In this document: piece by piece, positions 29,536 to 38,231 of the stretch | Numbering within the stretch: the stretch's first letter is position 1 | Layout of the letters: each line of letters opens with the position of its first letter | Source: Candidatus Latescibacterota bacterium | Lineage (GTDB): Bacteria > Latescibacterota > UBA2968 > GCA-2709665 | Assembly (NCBI GenBank): GCA_963662665.2 | Contig: CAXXJS010000057.1 | Location: 1-54,361 of the forward strand | Direction of reading: 5' to 3' | Length of the DNA stretch: 54,361 nucleotides | The notes under the pieces: generated by a model | What the model saw: only the letters and a program-made list of their open reading frames with translations | Told to the model about the DNA's origin: nothing | Database searches by the model: none | Program-made: the position numbers and the translations under genes

Positions 29536-30870
29536 CTAACTGCCCTCCCCCAGCCTCCGCCATCCCTGGAGAATGGAAGGGACCATCTGAACGGGTTGCC
29601 CGGCTTTGCAGAATACGGCCCACAGCACGTCCCAAACCCGAGGATTCCACTGGCACAGATCAATCCAGTCCGCACACGGCGTGGTATCTCCTTCCTGTCG
29701 GTCCACGCGGCCGCCGATCACCGGATCATCCCTCGACCCGTTCCACATCTGATCCAACAGTGTATGCGCGAACCGTTTCATATCGGCATTGTTGAATACC
29801 ACGCCGCGCCGGCACGCGTCAATTGCAAATCCGATATCGATTCGCCCATGGCTGGTATCTTCTATGGCGCTATGCCCGTGTTCGCCGGCCTCGATCCAGT
29901 CCCAATAGTACCAGGTATACGCCCGACCGGTTTTCCAGAGATGCCTTTTGAAATTCTTCGCCATCCGCCGCGGCCGGTCGGCAAACAGCCGTTTCCGCGA
30001 CACCGTCTGCAGTGCCAGATACGCCCGACCCAGCGCGAGATACTGATTGTGCGGCATAATCCGATTCGGAAACCGTTCCGTCATCCATGGAGAAAACCGG
30101 TATCCGCCGGATGACCGGGTTGAATCCACCCAGTCACGCTCGTGCTTATCGGCAATCTGCCTTCCAATAAATCGCAGATACGTTCGTGCTTTGGCGCCGA
30201 ATTCACTCTTCAACCCGGGATTCTTCAGGGCGTGTTCAATAAAGCGGCTGACCGGATGCAGGAACATCCCCTGGTGGACGATATACTCCAGCGGCTCTCC
30301 GGCGAAAACCTGCACCCAGAACCGGTCTCCGGCGCGCGCTTTCCCCTCGATACGTACGTTGAACGGCGCAAAACCGTTCAGTGTTGCGCCTGGTTGAAAC
30401 CGGCCGCCAGCCAATGCCTTCCGTGTACCGTACTCCTGGACGGCGTATCTCCTTCCGGGGAGAATTTCCACCACGCGTATCGTGTCCCGCGCCATGTCAC
30501 CGCCCCGGATTACCCACACCCGTTCCTCTTCAGGTACGATTCGGGCCGTACCCCGGTTGTGCATCGGTCCCGTTCTCAACAGCGCCACCGAATAGGTCGG
30601 GGTGACCCAGGTCGCATATCCATCGGCAAAGTGGTCCTGCCGCGAGGCAATCATACGGTCGAAATGATTCACGATCTTTTCCAACCAACCCGCATCTCCG
30701 GTTGACTCGTAAATCTTCACGTACGCATCGAGAGTCCCGCTTTCACCCCACCCCAGACCACCGGAATCCGGGTTGTGGGACTGACCCTTGCCCTGGTTCT
30801 GTGACCGGTCGTAATCGGCGTACCTCTCAACCAGTTCGTCGAGATCAAAAGGAGTGGCGAGTCCGCTCAT
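29536..30870 (-). CDS. Hypothetical protein, possible (alpha/alpha)6 glycosidase/epimerase-like fold
   Basis: 444 aa with GGAGG RBS. WGES...AY..IYESTGD..WL, PHNQY and W.YW...EDTSHG segments resemble six-hairpin enzymes; function not assignable. Confidence 0.5.
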   Translation of the reverse strand: MSGLATPFDLDELVERYADYDRSQNQGKGQSHNPDSGGLGWGESGTLDAYVKIYESTGDAGWLEKIVNHFDRMIASRQDHFADGYATWVTPTYSVALLRTGPMHNRGTARIVPEEERVWVIRGGDMARDTIRVVEILPGRRYAVQEYGTRKALAGGRFQPGATLNGFAPFNVRIEGKARAGDRFWVQVFAGEPLEYIVHQGMFLHPVSRFIEHALKNPGLKSEFGAKARTYLRFIGRQIADKHERDWVDSTRSSGGYRFSPWMTERFPNRIMPHNQYLALGRAYLALQTVSRKRLFADRPRRMAKNFKRHLWKTGRAYTWYYWDWIEAGEHGHSAIEDTSHGRIDIGFAIDACRRGVVFNNADMKRFAHTLLDQMWNGSRDDPVIGGRVDRQEGDTTPCADWIDLCQWNPRVWDVLWAVFCKAGQPVQMVPSILQGWRRLGEGS

Positions 30871-30950
30871 GGCTTCCTCCAGTTCTCACGATCCCATACA
30901 ATTTGTTCGACGCCAATTCCAGGCTATTCTCTTCGGTAAACGTCAACTTT

Positions 30951-31248
30951 GTCACGCTGAGGAAGCCATTCAGCCGACGAAATCTCCGCGCAAATGGTCT
31001 GGTGAAGGCTTCGGCCGTACACCCAATCGAACAGACGGGAGATTCTTCGACTCCGCTCTGAATGACACGTTGGCCGATAGTCAATCTCATTGCTCCCCAC
31101 TGTCATCCTGAGGAAGCCGTCAGGCTGACGAAGGATCTCCTGCGGCATCGGTTCAAACCATCGTGATCTGTACGTGTCTCGAGTCTGAAAGGCGGCACGT
31201 CCGTTCCTGAGTATCACGGAAGAGGCGGGAGATTCTTCGAAGGATGAC
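30951..31248. repeat. Cluster of REP-like palindromic repeats (two inverted pairs)
   Basis: GTCACGCTGAGGAAGCC...CGAAATCTCC (30951-30987) pairs with GGAGATTCTTCG...GAATGAC (31038-31066). GTCATCCTGAGGAAGCC...CGAAGGATCTCC (31102-31140) pairs with GGAGATTCTTCGAAGGATGAC (31228-31248). Confidence 0.75.
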
Positions 31249-31363
31249 AGGTTTTCCGATTATCATCCGCAAGAACAAACGATTGGGGGTGGGGGCGCCG
31301 GGGCCTCTTCCGTCTTGCTTCTTGCGTCTCACCGGCGGGGAGATGTGTGGGGGGCGGGTTTGC

Positions 31364-34300
31364 TCACTGAACGTAGAATCCGGTCTGCCGGTTCGACGTC
31401 AGACCACTGTTCAGGTCGGTCACTTCGATTTCCATTATATACTGTCCGGGGTTCGTGGATTTCAAGTCCAGTTCCATGTACACCTCTTCCGACTCCGAGT
31501 TTCCAATCTGCTCGTATCCCACGGCAAGTTCCTGTTTCTTGCCAGTGATTACACGAACCAACTGCGAGATAACCCCGCTTGCGGTGCGCCCCTGGACGCC
31601 CTTGGGTCGAATGGTATATTCCACCTTGTACCGCGTCTGCCCGAATTCGTCTTTCTTCAGACGGTAAATTTCATAGTAGACGAATACACCCTGGTCTCTC
31701 CCGAACGTGCGCGTAGGTATGGGAATGACGCTGAGACCGCCCTTCTTGAATTTCCCCGTTTCGTCCGACTCTACAACCGAATACGCCAACTGCAACTCAC
31801 TCAGCTGGAGGAATTTCCTGTCGTAGTTGTCAATTACCACTTCCTGCCGGTACCGGCCCTGCCTACCGGACAGTCTGTCCTTGACCTGCACCTCCATCCG
31901 GTAGGCGCCAGGGGCCAATTCCAGACCCATCAGATCGGGCACGAAGCCTCCGCGCATGCCCGTCAGGTCGCCAACACCCCGAAATTGCAGATTGCCCTGC
32001 CTTCGGTAAACCGCCCCGTTGCGCGGGTTGTTCAGCGCCACGGAACGTTCCAGAAACATCTCGGTTTCGTCCTGTTCCGGCAGATACTTGCCCAGCCTGT
32101 AAGGCGCGCCGAAATAGACCTCCAGAAACGACCCGCTGCCACGTTCGTCCTCCCGGAAATTGGCCAGATCGTAATAGAATTCCAGCGGCGACTTATTCTC
32201 CGGCGGCTTGTAGTAGTCCGGCGTTACCAGAGCCGCCTGTTCGGCCACGGACCGCGGATTGAACTGGTTGAACCGGGTCAGCTGTTGCATGGGTATACGC
32301 ACGTCCATCGGCGGCGGCGCGTAGTCGAACTCGCCCCGCATGTGTTCGTCCGTAAACGTGATTTCGATGCCCCCGTTCACGTCCGTATAGACCCAGACTT
32401 CCCATGGAACCATCGAGGCGTCGTCCTGAGACGATACGGCCTTGTATGCAAAATCGTTTGGGGAACCGCCCACCTTCAGAGCGCCATCGTTCATCTGGAC
32501 ATTTTCGAACCGGAGTAATTCCAGGGACGCATCCGATACCTCATTGTTCGCGGTAATGCCCGATTCAAAAGTAATGCCGGTCCGCTGGGCCTGGCTCCCG
32601 GTTACCACCCGGGAGGCCTCGGTGTTGCGCGAGGCAATGCTGAGATCCTCAACCATCCGGTTTGCGGCGAACCCCTCGCCCAGGTTCGCGCCGCCGCTGA
32701 GATTCGACTTCAGGCTGCGCACCGCGTACACCGGGCCGCCCATAAATGTCATCTGAAGGGCAGCCTGCCCGTACATCTGCCGGGCGATGCGTTCCCGAAC
32801 CCGCTGCACCTTCAGGCTCTGGTTGTAATTCTTCATATCTGAGGTCGACCGGTAATCGGGTTCGCCGAACCGGATGTACACTTCGCCCCGCCGGTCCCAC
32901 GGTTGCTTGCCTTTCGAATAAGACCCGAGGGCGTACCAGACCCGCCGGTAGTGTTCAAGCAGACGTTCGTTGATGGCGGTGGTAAGGTCCGGATCGTGCG
33001 CCGTCCAGAACCGTTTGACCAGTTCGATACGAGCTGAGCCGTCAGCCTGCTCGAACGCATCGCGTTCCTCCGGGGACATCAGAAGGACCGGGTCGCGATA
33101 CAGAGACTGCTCGACGGCTGTCGCCGCCTGCAGGTACTCTCTGAAATACCGGTCCGCCCACTCCAGCCGCCCCAGCTGTACGCAAGCCTGGGCGAGTACG
33201 GCCAGAACGCCTGTTTCGTCCGGATGCTCCCGGACGTAATCCGTGAGCAAATCCACAATCCGCTCGTAATTTCTGGATCGGAGATACACTGCCGCCAGCC
33301 GTTTCCGACCCTCCGGATCATCGGGTTTCAGCGTCATGTAACGCGCGTAGAGAAGCGCCGCTCGTTCAAAATCCTCCTCCTGAACCTCGTACCACTCCCC
33401 AAGAAGCAGATAGGCGGGCGCAAAGGTAGGATCGATGTCGATCACTTTCTCTACGTCGTATCTTGCGTCGTGCTCGCCCAGGCTGCGACGAAGCCTGGCG
33501 ATATTGAAACGTGCTTCCAGGTAGTCCCGATTGTACTGCAGCGCCTTCGTATAGTATCGGATCGCGTCGTAACGCGCCTTGGGCCGCGTTTCAAACACCT
33601 GGCCAAGCCCGTTGTACGCTTCGGCCATCCTGTGGTCCAGACGAACCGCCCGTTCGAACGAACGAAGTGCGGCATCCGAATTTTTCGACTTCAGGTAGGC
33701 ATAGCCCAACTGACAATGCCCGCGGGCGGTCTTCGGCGACATCAGCGTAACCACCTGCAGCACGGGCACCGCGGCAGGCGCGTCCTTCTCCAGCACCCGC
33801 CTGCCGAGGGCCAGCAACGAATCGATTTGCGCGCGGCCGACCGGCCGGTCCACAACCTCGAAACGGTCGCCGCGCCGAACCAGTTCCAGGAGCCGCCCGC
33901 GATGATAGGGACTGATCACCATCGCCTCGCCGTCCTCGGCGCCAGACCGATAAAAATAACTAATCGGGCTGTTCTCGCGATCTTCGGGGGACCTGAACAA
34001 CCGTCCAAGAATCCGTTCTCTGGAATCTTCCAGGCTGCCTGCCCGCGCCGAAGCCTTCAACGCGTCCAGGCTGGCCGGCGTTCTGCCGTCGTTGAGTCGG
34101 CGGTATTCAAGTATCATATCCCCGATCGCGGACAGATTTTCCCTGCAGACCCATCGGGCGCCCGACGCACCCGCCACCTGCGACCTTCTCGCTAATAGTT
34201 TCGCGTATGCCATGGCCGGCTTGGAATAGAGGAGATGATCTCGCGCAAGCGCCTCAAACTGCTGCGCCGCCTCGCGATAGAGAAGCTGCGCATGGCGGAA

Positions 34301-34822
34301 CTCCCACTGATGCAGGGCTCCATACGCCAATTTCACCGTCATCATCGCTTTTTCGACGCCCGCCAACGAACGGTTGCGCCCGTTAGCCGGACCCCCGTTT
34401 TGCGCCGAAACCCACTCCACGTTAAGACGTCCAAGTTCGAATTCCCCCGGACGCCGCACGGCCGTACCGCTTACCATCACCTCCCATACCTGGCTCTCCA
34501 CCATCGGCACCACCGCCTGCCCCAGACCGGAAAGACGATAGTCCTGCAACGGACGATCCTTATAGAATACCCTCCGGCCGTCCGCGGTTCTTCCCAGTTG
34601 CCCCGGACGTCCCGGAAAGGCGCCGAGCCGGTGTTCTGTTCCCTGTGCGTCCACCGACCAGACCTCGGTGAGCGCTGCGTGCCCGTTTTCGTAGGACGCG
34701 ATCCGGATCCGCTGGCCATTGGACTCTGCTGGAACCGAAAGCCCGATCCCGGCCAAGAACCAGCAGGCGGTGAATTTACGTAACGCGATTAAACCGGAGT
34801 TTATTTTTCCTGAGCCCGACAC
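31364..34822 (-). CDS. TPR + GWxTD-like domain protein, paralog 1, with extra N-terminal domains
   Basis: TPR array, then FW...DPDLTTAINERLLEHYRRV.YA...Y, PWDRRGEVYIRFGEPD and WEVWVY, then two Ig-like C-terminal domains (LAPGAYRMEVQVKD; VFVYYEIYRL). Probable GTG start at 34822 behind AAGGAG. Confidence 0.8.
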   Translation of the reverse strand: MSGSGKINSGLIALRKFTACWFLAGIGLSVPAESNGQRIRIASYENGHAALTEVWSVDAQGTEHRLGAFPGRPGQLGRTADGRRVFYKDRPLQDYRLSGLGQAVVPMVESQVWEVMVSGTAVRRPGEFELGRLNVEWVSAQNGGPANGRNRSLAGVEKAMMTVKLAYGALHQWEFRHAQLLYREAAQQFEALARDHLLYSKPAMAYAKLLARRSQVAGASGARWVCRENLSAIGDMILEYRRLNDGRTPASLDALKASARAGSLEDSRERILGRLFRSPEDRENSPISYFYRSGAEDGEAMVISPYHRGRLLELVRRGDRFEVVDRPVGRAQIDSLLALGRRVLEKDAPAAVPVLQVVTLMSPKTARGHCQLGYAYLKSKNSDAALRSFERAVRLDHRMAEAYNGLGQVFETRPKARYDAIRYYTKALQYNRDYLEARFNIARLRRSLGEHDARYDVEKVIDIDPTFAPAYLLLGEWYEVQEEDFERAALLYARYMTLKPDDPEGRKRLAAVYLRSRNYERIVDLLTDYVREHPDETGVLAVLAQACVQLGRLEWADRYFREYLQAATAVEQSLYRDPVLLMSPEERDAFEQADGSARIELVKRFWTAHDPDLTTAINERLLEHYRRVWYALGSYSKGKQPWDRRGEVYIRFGEPDYRSTSDMKNYNQSLKVQRVRERIARQMYGQAALQMTFMGGPVYAVRSLKSNLSGGANLGEGFAANRMVEDLSIASRNTEASRVVTGSQAQRTGITFESGITANNEVSDASLELLRFENVQMNDGALKVGGSPNDFAYKAVSSQDDASMVPWEVWVYTDVNGGIEITFTDEHMRGEFDYAPPPMDVRIPMQQLTRFNQFNPRSVAEQAALVTPDYYKPPENKSPLEFYYDLANFREDERGSGSFLEVYFGAPYRLGKYLPEQDETEMFLERSVALNNPRNGAVYRRQGNLQFRGVGDLTGMRGGFVPDLMGLELAPGAYRMEVQVKDRLSGRQGRYRQEVVIDNYDRKFLQLSELQLAYSVVESDETGKFKKGGLSVIPIPTRTFGRDQGVFVYYEIYRLKKDEFGQTRYKVEYTIRPKGVQGRTASGVISQLVRVITGKKQELAVGYEQIGNSESEEVYMELDLKSTNPGQYIMEIEVTDLNSGLTSNRQTGFYVQ

Positions 34823-35033
34823 GACCAGCTCCTTACCGGGAATTCGGGGGCCTGGTGTGACGCAAGGACCAACCAATTTTAGTGACTATCACAATAGAAT
34901 AAGAAATATGGAAGCGAAATCAAAACTGATTCTGAACCCGACCCGTTGATCCAATGTCACTCTGAGTATGCATGAATGTCTTATTTTGCTGTTTTTTATC
35001 TTGTTATACGGAATTATACAATTCGCCGCAAAC

Positions 35034-37010
35034 CTAGTTCCCCTTGAGTGACCGAATCCGGCGCCGGGCTTCCGATGAAACCTGTTGGTCTCCCCGCCAA
35101 TGTGTAAGAAACGCTCTGTAGGCCGAGATCGCATCCCCGGGCTTGCCCTGACTCTCCAACACCTTGCCCAGGTTGAAAAACGCTCTGACGTCTCCGAGCG
35201 CCGCCGACCGACGATATGCCTGCACCGCCTCCCCGACACGACCCGTATTCTCCAGCGCCACGCCAAGATTGAAATGGGTTTCCTTATCCTCAGGCAGCAG
35301 TACAGCTGCCTTTCCGAATCCTTCGGCGGCCATCCGCGTCTCCCCGGATCGCATGGCCGTCACACCCAGATTCATCCAGGCCTCCGCAAAAAGCGGATCC
35401 AGATCCACGGCATTCCGATATGCCGCGGCAGCCTGCTCAAAGGCGCCCTTGACCCCGTAGGCATTGCCCAGGTTGTTGTAGGTCATGGCTTCTTCCCGGA
35501 TAGACAAGGCCCGCCGAAAGGCAAGAATCGCCCGGTCCATCACGCCTCGCTCCGCAAGCACCTGTCCCACGGCCTGATGCATCTTGGCGCTTTCCGGATA
35601 GGCACGAACCGCGCTGGAAAAAAGGCTGAAATCATCCTTCCAATCTCTGTTTCGCACCACCGTACGCGCGGAGTAACCGACCAATACCAGACTCATCACG
35701 ACAATGACGCTGAATCCGAACCTCCTGAACAACCACTCGGCGCCGATCCCGGCAAGAGCAAACACCCCCAGCGCAGGAATATAGAGAAATCGCTCCTGGA
35801 CCATCGAATTCAGCAGGATCACCGCCTGCGACACCCCCATATAAGGCACCCAGAAAAGCGCTCCGCAAAAAAACAGCCTCGGCCACTTTCCCAACGATCG
35901 TACCCACAGCCACAGCCCGCCAAGTCCCAGCGCTACACCCGCGATCACCCCGGGTTCCAGCAGCGAATCCGCAACCGGAATCGCATTGTAAGAGTAATCC
36001 ACGGACAGCCGCCAGGGAAACAGCAGTAGCGTAACATAGTGCCAGAGAATCTTCCCGGCGGTAAATATTCGCGTTTCAAGTGAGGCCCCGTAGAGCGGAT
36101 TCACCAACTCCGTCATCACGCCGGGTGAGAAACCCAGGCCCGCCGCTACGTTGCGCACGACCAGACAGAATCCGAATACACCCACAAAGCCCGTCCACCA
36201 GAGCCATCTCTTCCGGACGACGCACAGTATGCCGTCCAAGATCTCCCTTCCCGCGGCTACGCCGGTCGCGCAAGGAAAATTAGCCACCAACGGTCCCTTC
36301 CGGGGCTTTTTTTCGTTTTCGCAATCCGAAAACGACGCACGGCCTGCAACACCCATGCCCGAGGCCAGGTCATACGCTACGACCAGGCCCAACAACGCAA
36401 GCGCGCTTTCCTTGCTGACCAGGCCGCAGAAAAACGCAACAAGCGCCAGCCCGTAGGCTGCGGGGGAACGCGAGCTATCTGTATAGAACAGAATTCCGGC
36501 CAGCAGAAAGATTCCCGCCATCAGGTCGGATCGACCGAAGGTCACCCCGGCCGCCACTTCCGAATGGATCGGATGCACGGCAAATAAGAGTCCGGCAAGA
36601 CCCGCGGCGAAAACGCCCAGACCGATGCGCCGGCACAGCGCCCAGGCCAGCAGGCTGCAAAACAGGTGCAGCAGCACGTTGGTCAGATGATACCTGAACG
36701 GACGAATCCCACCCAGTGCGTCCAGAAGAAACGAAAGCACGGGCAACGGTCGGTAGTGTCCCGTTTCATTCCCCGGATAACCCGCCCAGTAATGGGTGGT
36801 AAAGACGCTCCTGAAATCCAGTCCTTCCACGAGCCAACTTCGTTGTATCAGAAAATGATCATCGTAAACCAGCCCGTTACCAAGCGCGTTGACATACACT
36901 GAAAACGCAGCGACGCTCACCAGGAGGGGCCACACTAACGTCAGTCTCCGGCCCCGCCCCCGGATAGCACCGCCGCGCTGTTCTCGTTTTTGAGAGGTAC
37001 GTTTCGCCAT
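35034..37010 (-). CDS. TMTC-like (DUF1736) membrane protein O-mannosyltransferase homolog with TPRs
   Basis: LVYDD, HYW....YRPL, YHLTNVLLH, LLFAVHPIHSEVA...GRSDL, SKE, P.RLSVDYS, ERFLYIP and RNRDW, followed by TPRs. Confidence 0.85.
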   Translation of the reverse strand: MAKRTSQKREQRGGAIRGRGRRLTLVWPLLVSVAAFSVYVNALGNGLVYDDHFLIQRSWLVEGLDFRSVFTTHYWAGYPGNETGHYRPLPVLSFLLDALGGIRPFRYHLTNVLLHLFCSLLAWALCRRIGLGVFAAGLAGLLFAVHPIHSEVAAGVTFGRSDLMAGIFLLAGILFYTDSSRSPAAYGLALVAFFCGLVSKESALALLGLVVAYDLASGMGVAGRASFSDCENEKKPRKGPLVANFPCATGVAAGREILDGILCVVRKRWLWWTGFVGVFGFCLVVRNVAAGLGFSPGVMTELVNPLYGASLETRIFTAGKILWHYVTLLLFPWRLSVDYSYNAIPVADSLLEPGVIAGVALGLGGLWLWVRSLGKWPRLFFCGALFWVPYMGVSQAVILLNSMVQERFLYIPALGVFALAGIGAEWLFRRFGFSVIVVMSLVLVGYSARTVVRNRDWKDDFSLFSSAVRAYPESAKMHQAVGQVLAERGVMDRAILAFRRALSIREEAMTYNNLGNAYGVKGAFEQAAAAYRNAVDLDPLFAEAWMNLGVTAMRSGETRMAAEGFGKAAVLLPEDKETHFNLGVALENTGRVGEAVQAYRRSAALGDVRAFFNLGKVLESQGKPGDAISAYRAFLTHWRGDQQVSSEARRRIRSLKGN

Positions 37011-37102
37011 GTCTTAATTCATTGTCAACCAGCACCTGGGCCAGAGTGTTTCGATCACGTTTCTGCAGCAATTGCGAGGCATCAGGCCAGACGTATAAGA
37101 GA

Positions 37103-37142
37103 ACGGGCGGCGTCCGGGTTCAGAGTCCCGGTCGCCGCCCGT
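37103..37142 (-). terminator. GC-rich stem-loop downstream of the PorV-like gene
   Basis: ACGGGCGGCG-TCCGGG...CCCGG-TCGCCGCCCGT inverted repeat, followed on the minus strand by TCTCTT. Confidence 0.55.
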
Positions 37143-37212
37143 CGGTTCATTCGCCGACAAAGCGCCGGACAACTTCAGGTTTCAATCGATTCCGCCGCTT
37201 TGTAACGTCTAC

Positions 37213-38205
37213 TCAGAACGTGCCGCCCACAGAAACGCGGATCGGCGGGTCGAACATAACGACGCCGTCGTTCTTCTGCAGGAGCGAAACCGCCACGTCT
37301 GCCGTGATCGTACGGCCACCGAACGTCTGCCTCAGGCCGGCGCCCACGGCAATGCTCTCGAGGTCGTAGTTCCACTTCCAGCCGGCCCGCAACGCGAGCG
37401 CGTTCTGCAGCCACAACTCGGCGCCGAAATGCCAGCGCTGCTCGAAGTCCACGAAAAACGCGCTTTCCACGGACGCGGTGAGGTAGGACGGATCGCCCTT
37501 TTCACCATAGACTTCGGCGGCAATACCGATGTTGTATACCAGCGGCAGCAGGTATGCCCGGTCGCCCGACTTGCGGTCGGGACCGAAATTCCTGAACGCC
37601 ATTGCGATTCGGAGGCTTCTGAATCCCGTGTAGAAGAAACTCCCCACGTCCACCGTAAAGCCCGTGGTCTTCACCGTGTAGAGTTTCTCGTGAACGTAGT
37701 TCGCCTTGGCGCTGAACGAGAACTTGTCGGTAAATTTGACTCCATAGAGCAAACCGATGGAGATGTTATTGACGATTACGTCCTGTCCGGTTCCGTTGGG
37801 CTGATGAATTGTGGTCTCTTTGGAGGGTTTCGGGTTGTGCGAGGTCACCGAAATACCGAGCACCTCACCACGAGCCGAACGCGTGTTCCACACGGCAGCG
37901 GCTGAGTACAGCTTGGTGTCGAGCAGAAATTGCGTGTAGTTCAACTGATAGGCCACGCGCTCTACGTGTACCAGACCGGCCCCGTTCCAGAAGATCGCGT
38001 TGATATCGTCGGCCACCGCAGTATACGCGTCGCCCATGGCAACGGCCCGGGCGCCCTGGCCGATCTTCAGGAACTGCATGCCGGAGATATTTACTTTCTT
38101 GACACCGTACTCGCCGGTTACCCCGCCCCACTTCACGGCCAAAGCCGGTGAAGCGGCAAGCAGCAGGGCCAAGACCGACGCAATGATTAGCATACTCCTT
38201 TTCAC
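37213..38205 (-). CDS. PorV/PorQ family (UPF0164) outer-membrane beta-barrel protein
   Basis: Signal peptide ending ALA, signature FLKIGQGARAVAMGDAYTAVADD.NAIFWN.AGL, DVG..Y, RNFG, LRAG and terminal Phe. Confidence 0.88.
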   Translation of the reverse strand: MKRSMLIIASVLALLLAASPALAVKWGGVTGEYGVKKVNISGMQFLKIGQGARAVAMGDAYTAVADDINAIFWNGAGLVHVERVAYQLNYTQFLLDTKLYSAAAVWNTRSARGEVLGISVTSHNPKPSKETTIHQPNGTGQDVIVNNISIGLLYGVKFTDKFSFSAKANYVHEKLYTVKTTGFTVDVGSFFYTGFRSLRIAMAFRNFGPDRKSGDRAYLLPLVYNIGIAAEVYGEKGDPSYLTASVESAFFVDFEQRWHFGAELWLQNALALRAGWKWNYDLESIAVGAGLRQTFGGRTITADVAVSLLQKNDGVVMFDPPIRVSVGGTF

Positions 38206-38231
38206 GTCACTTCCTCCTAGTTTTAAGCCCG

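Noticed and set aside
30951-31248. Possible CRISPR array
   Set aside because: Repeats alternate in orientation, are degenerate and unevenly spaced, and no cas genes are present.
36291-36320. Terminator-like hairpin plus T-tract on the + strand inside the TMTC-like gene
   Set aside because: Weak 5-bp stem, explained by the antisense of Lys/Glu codons (ENEKKPRKG).
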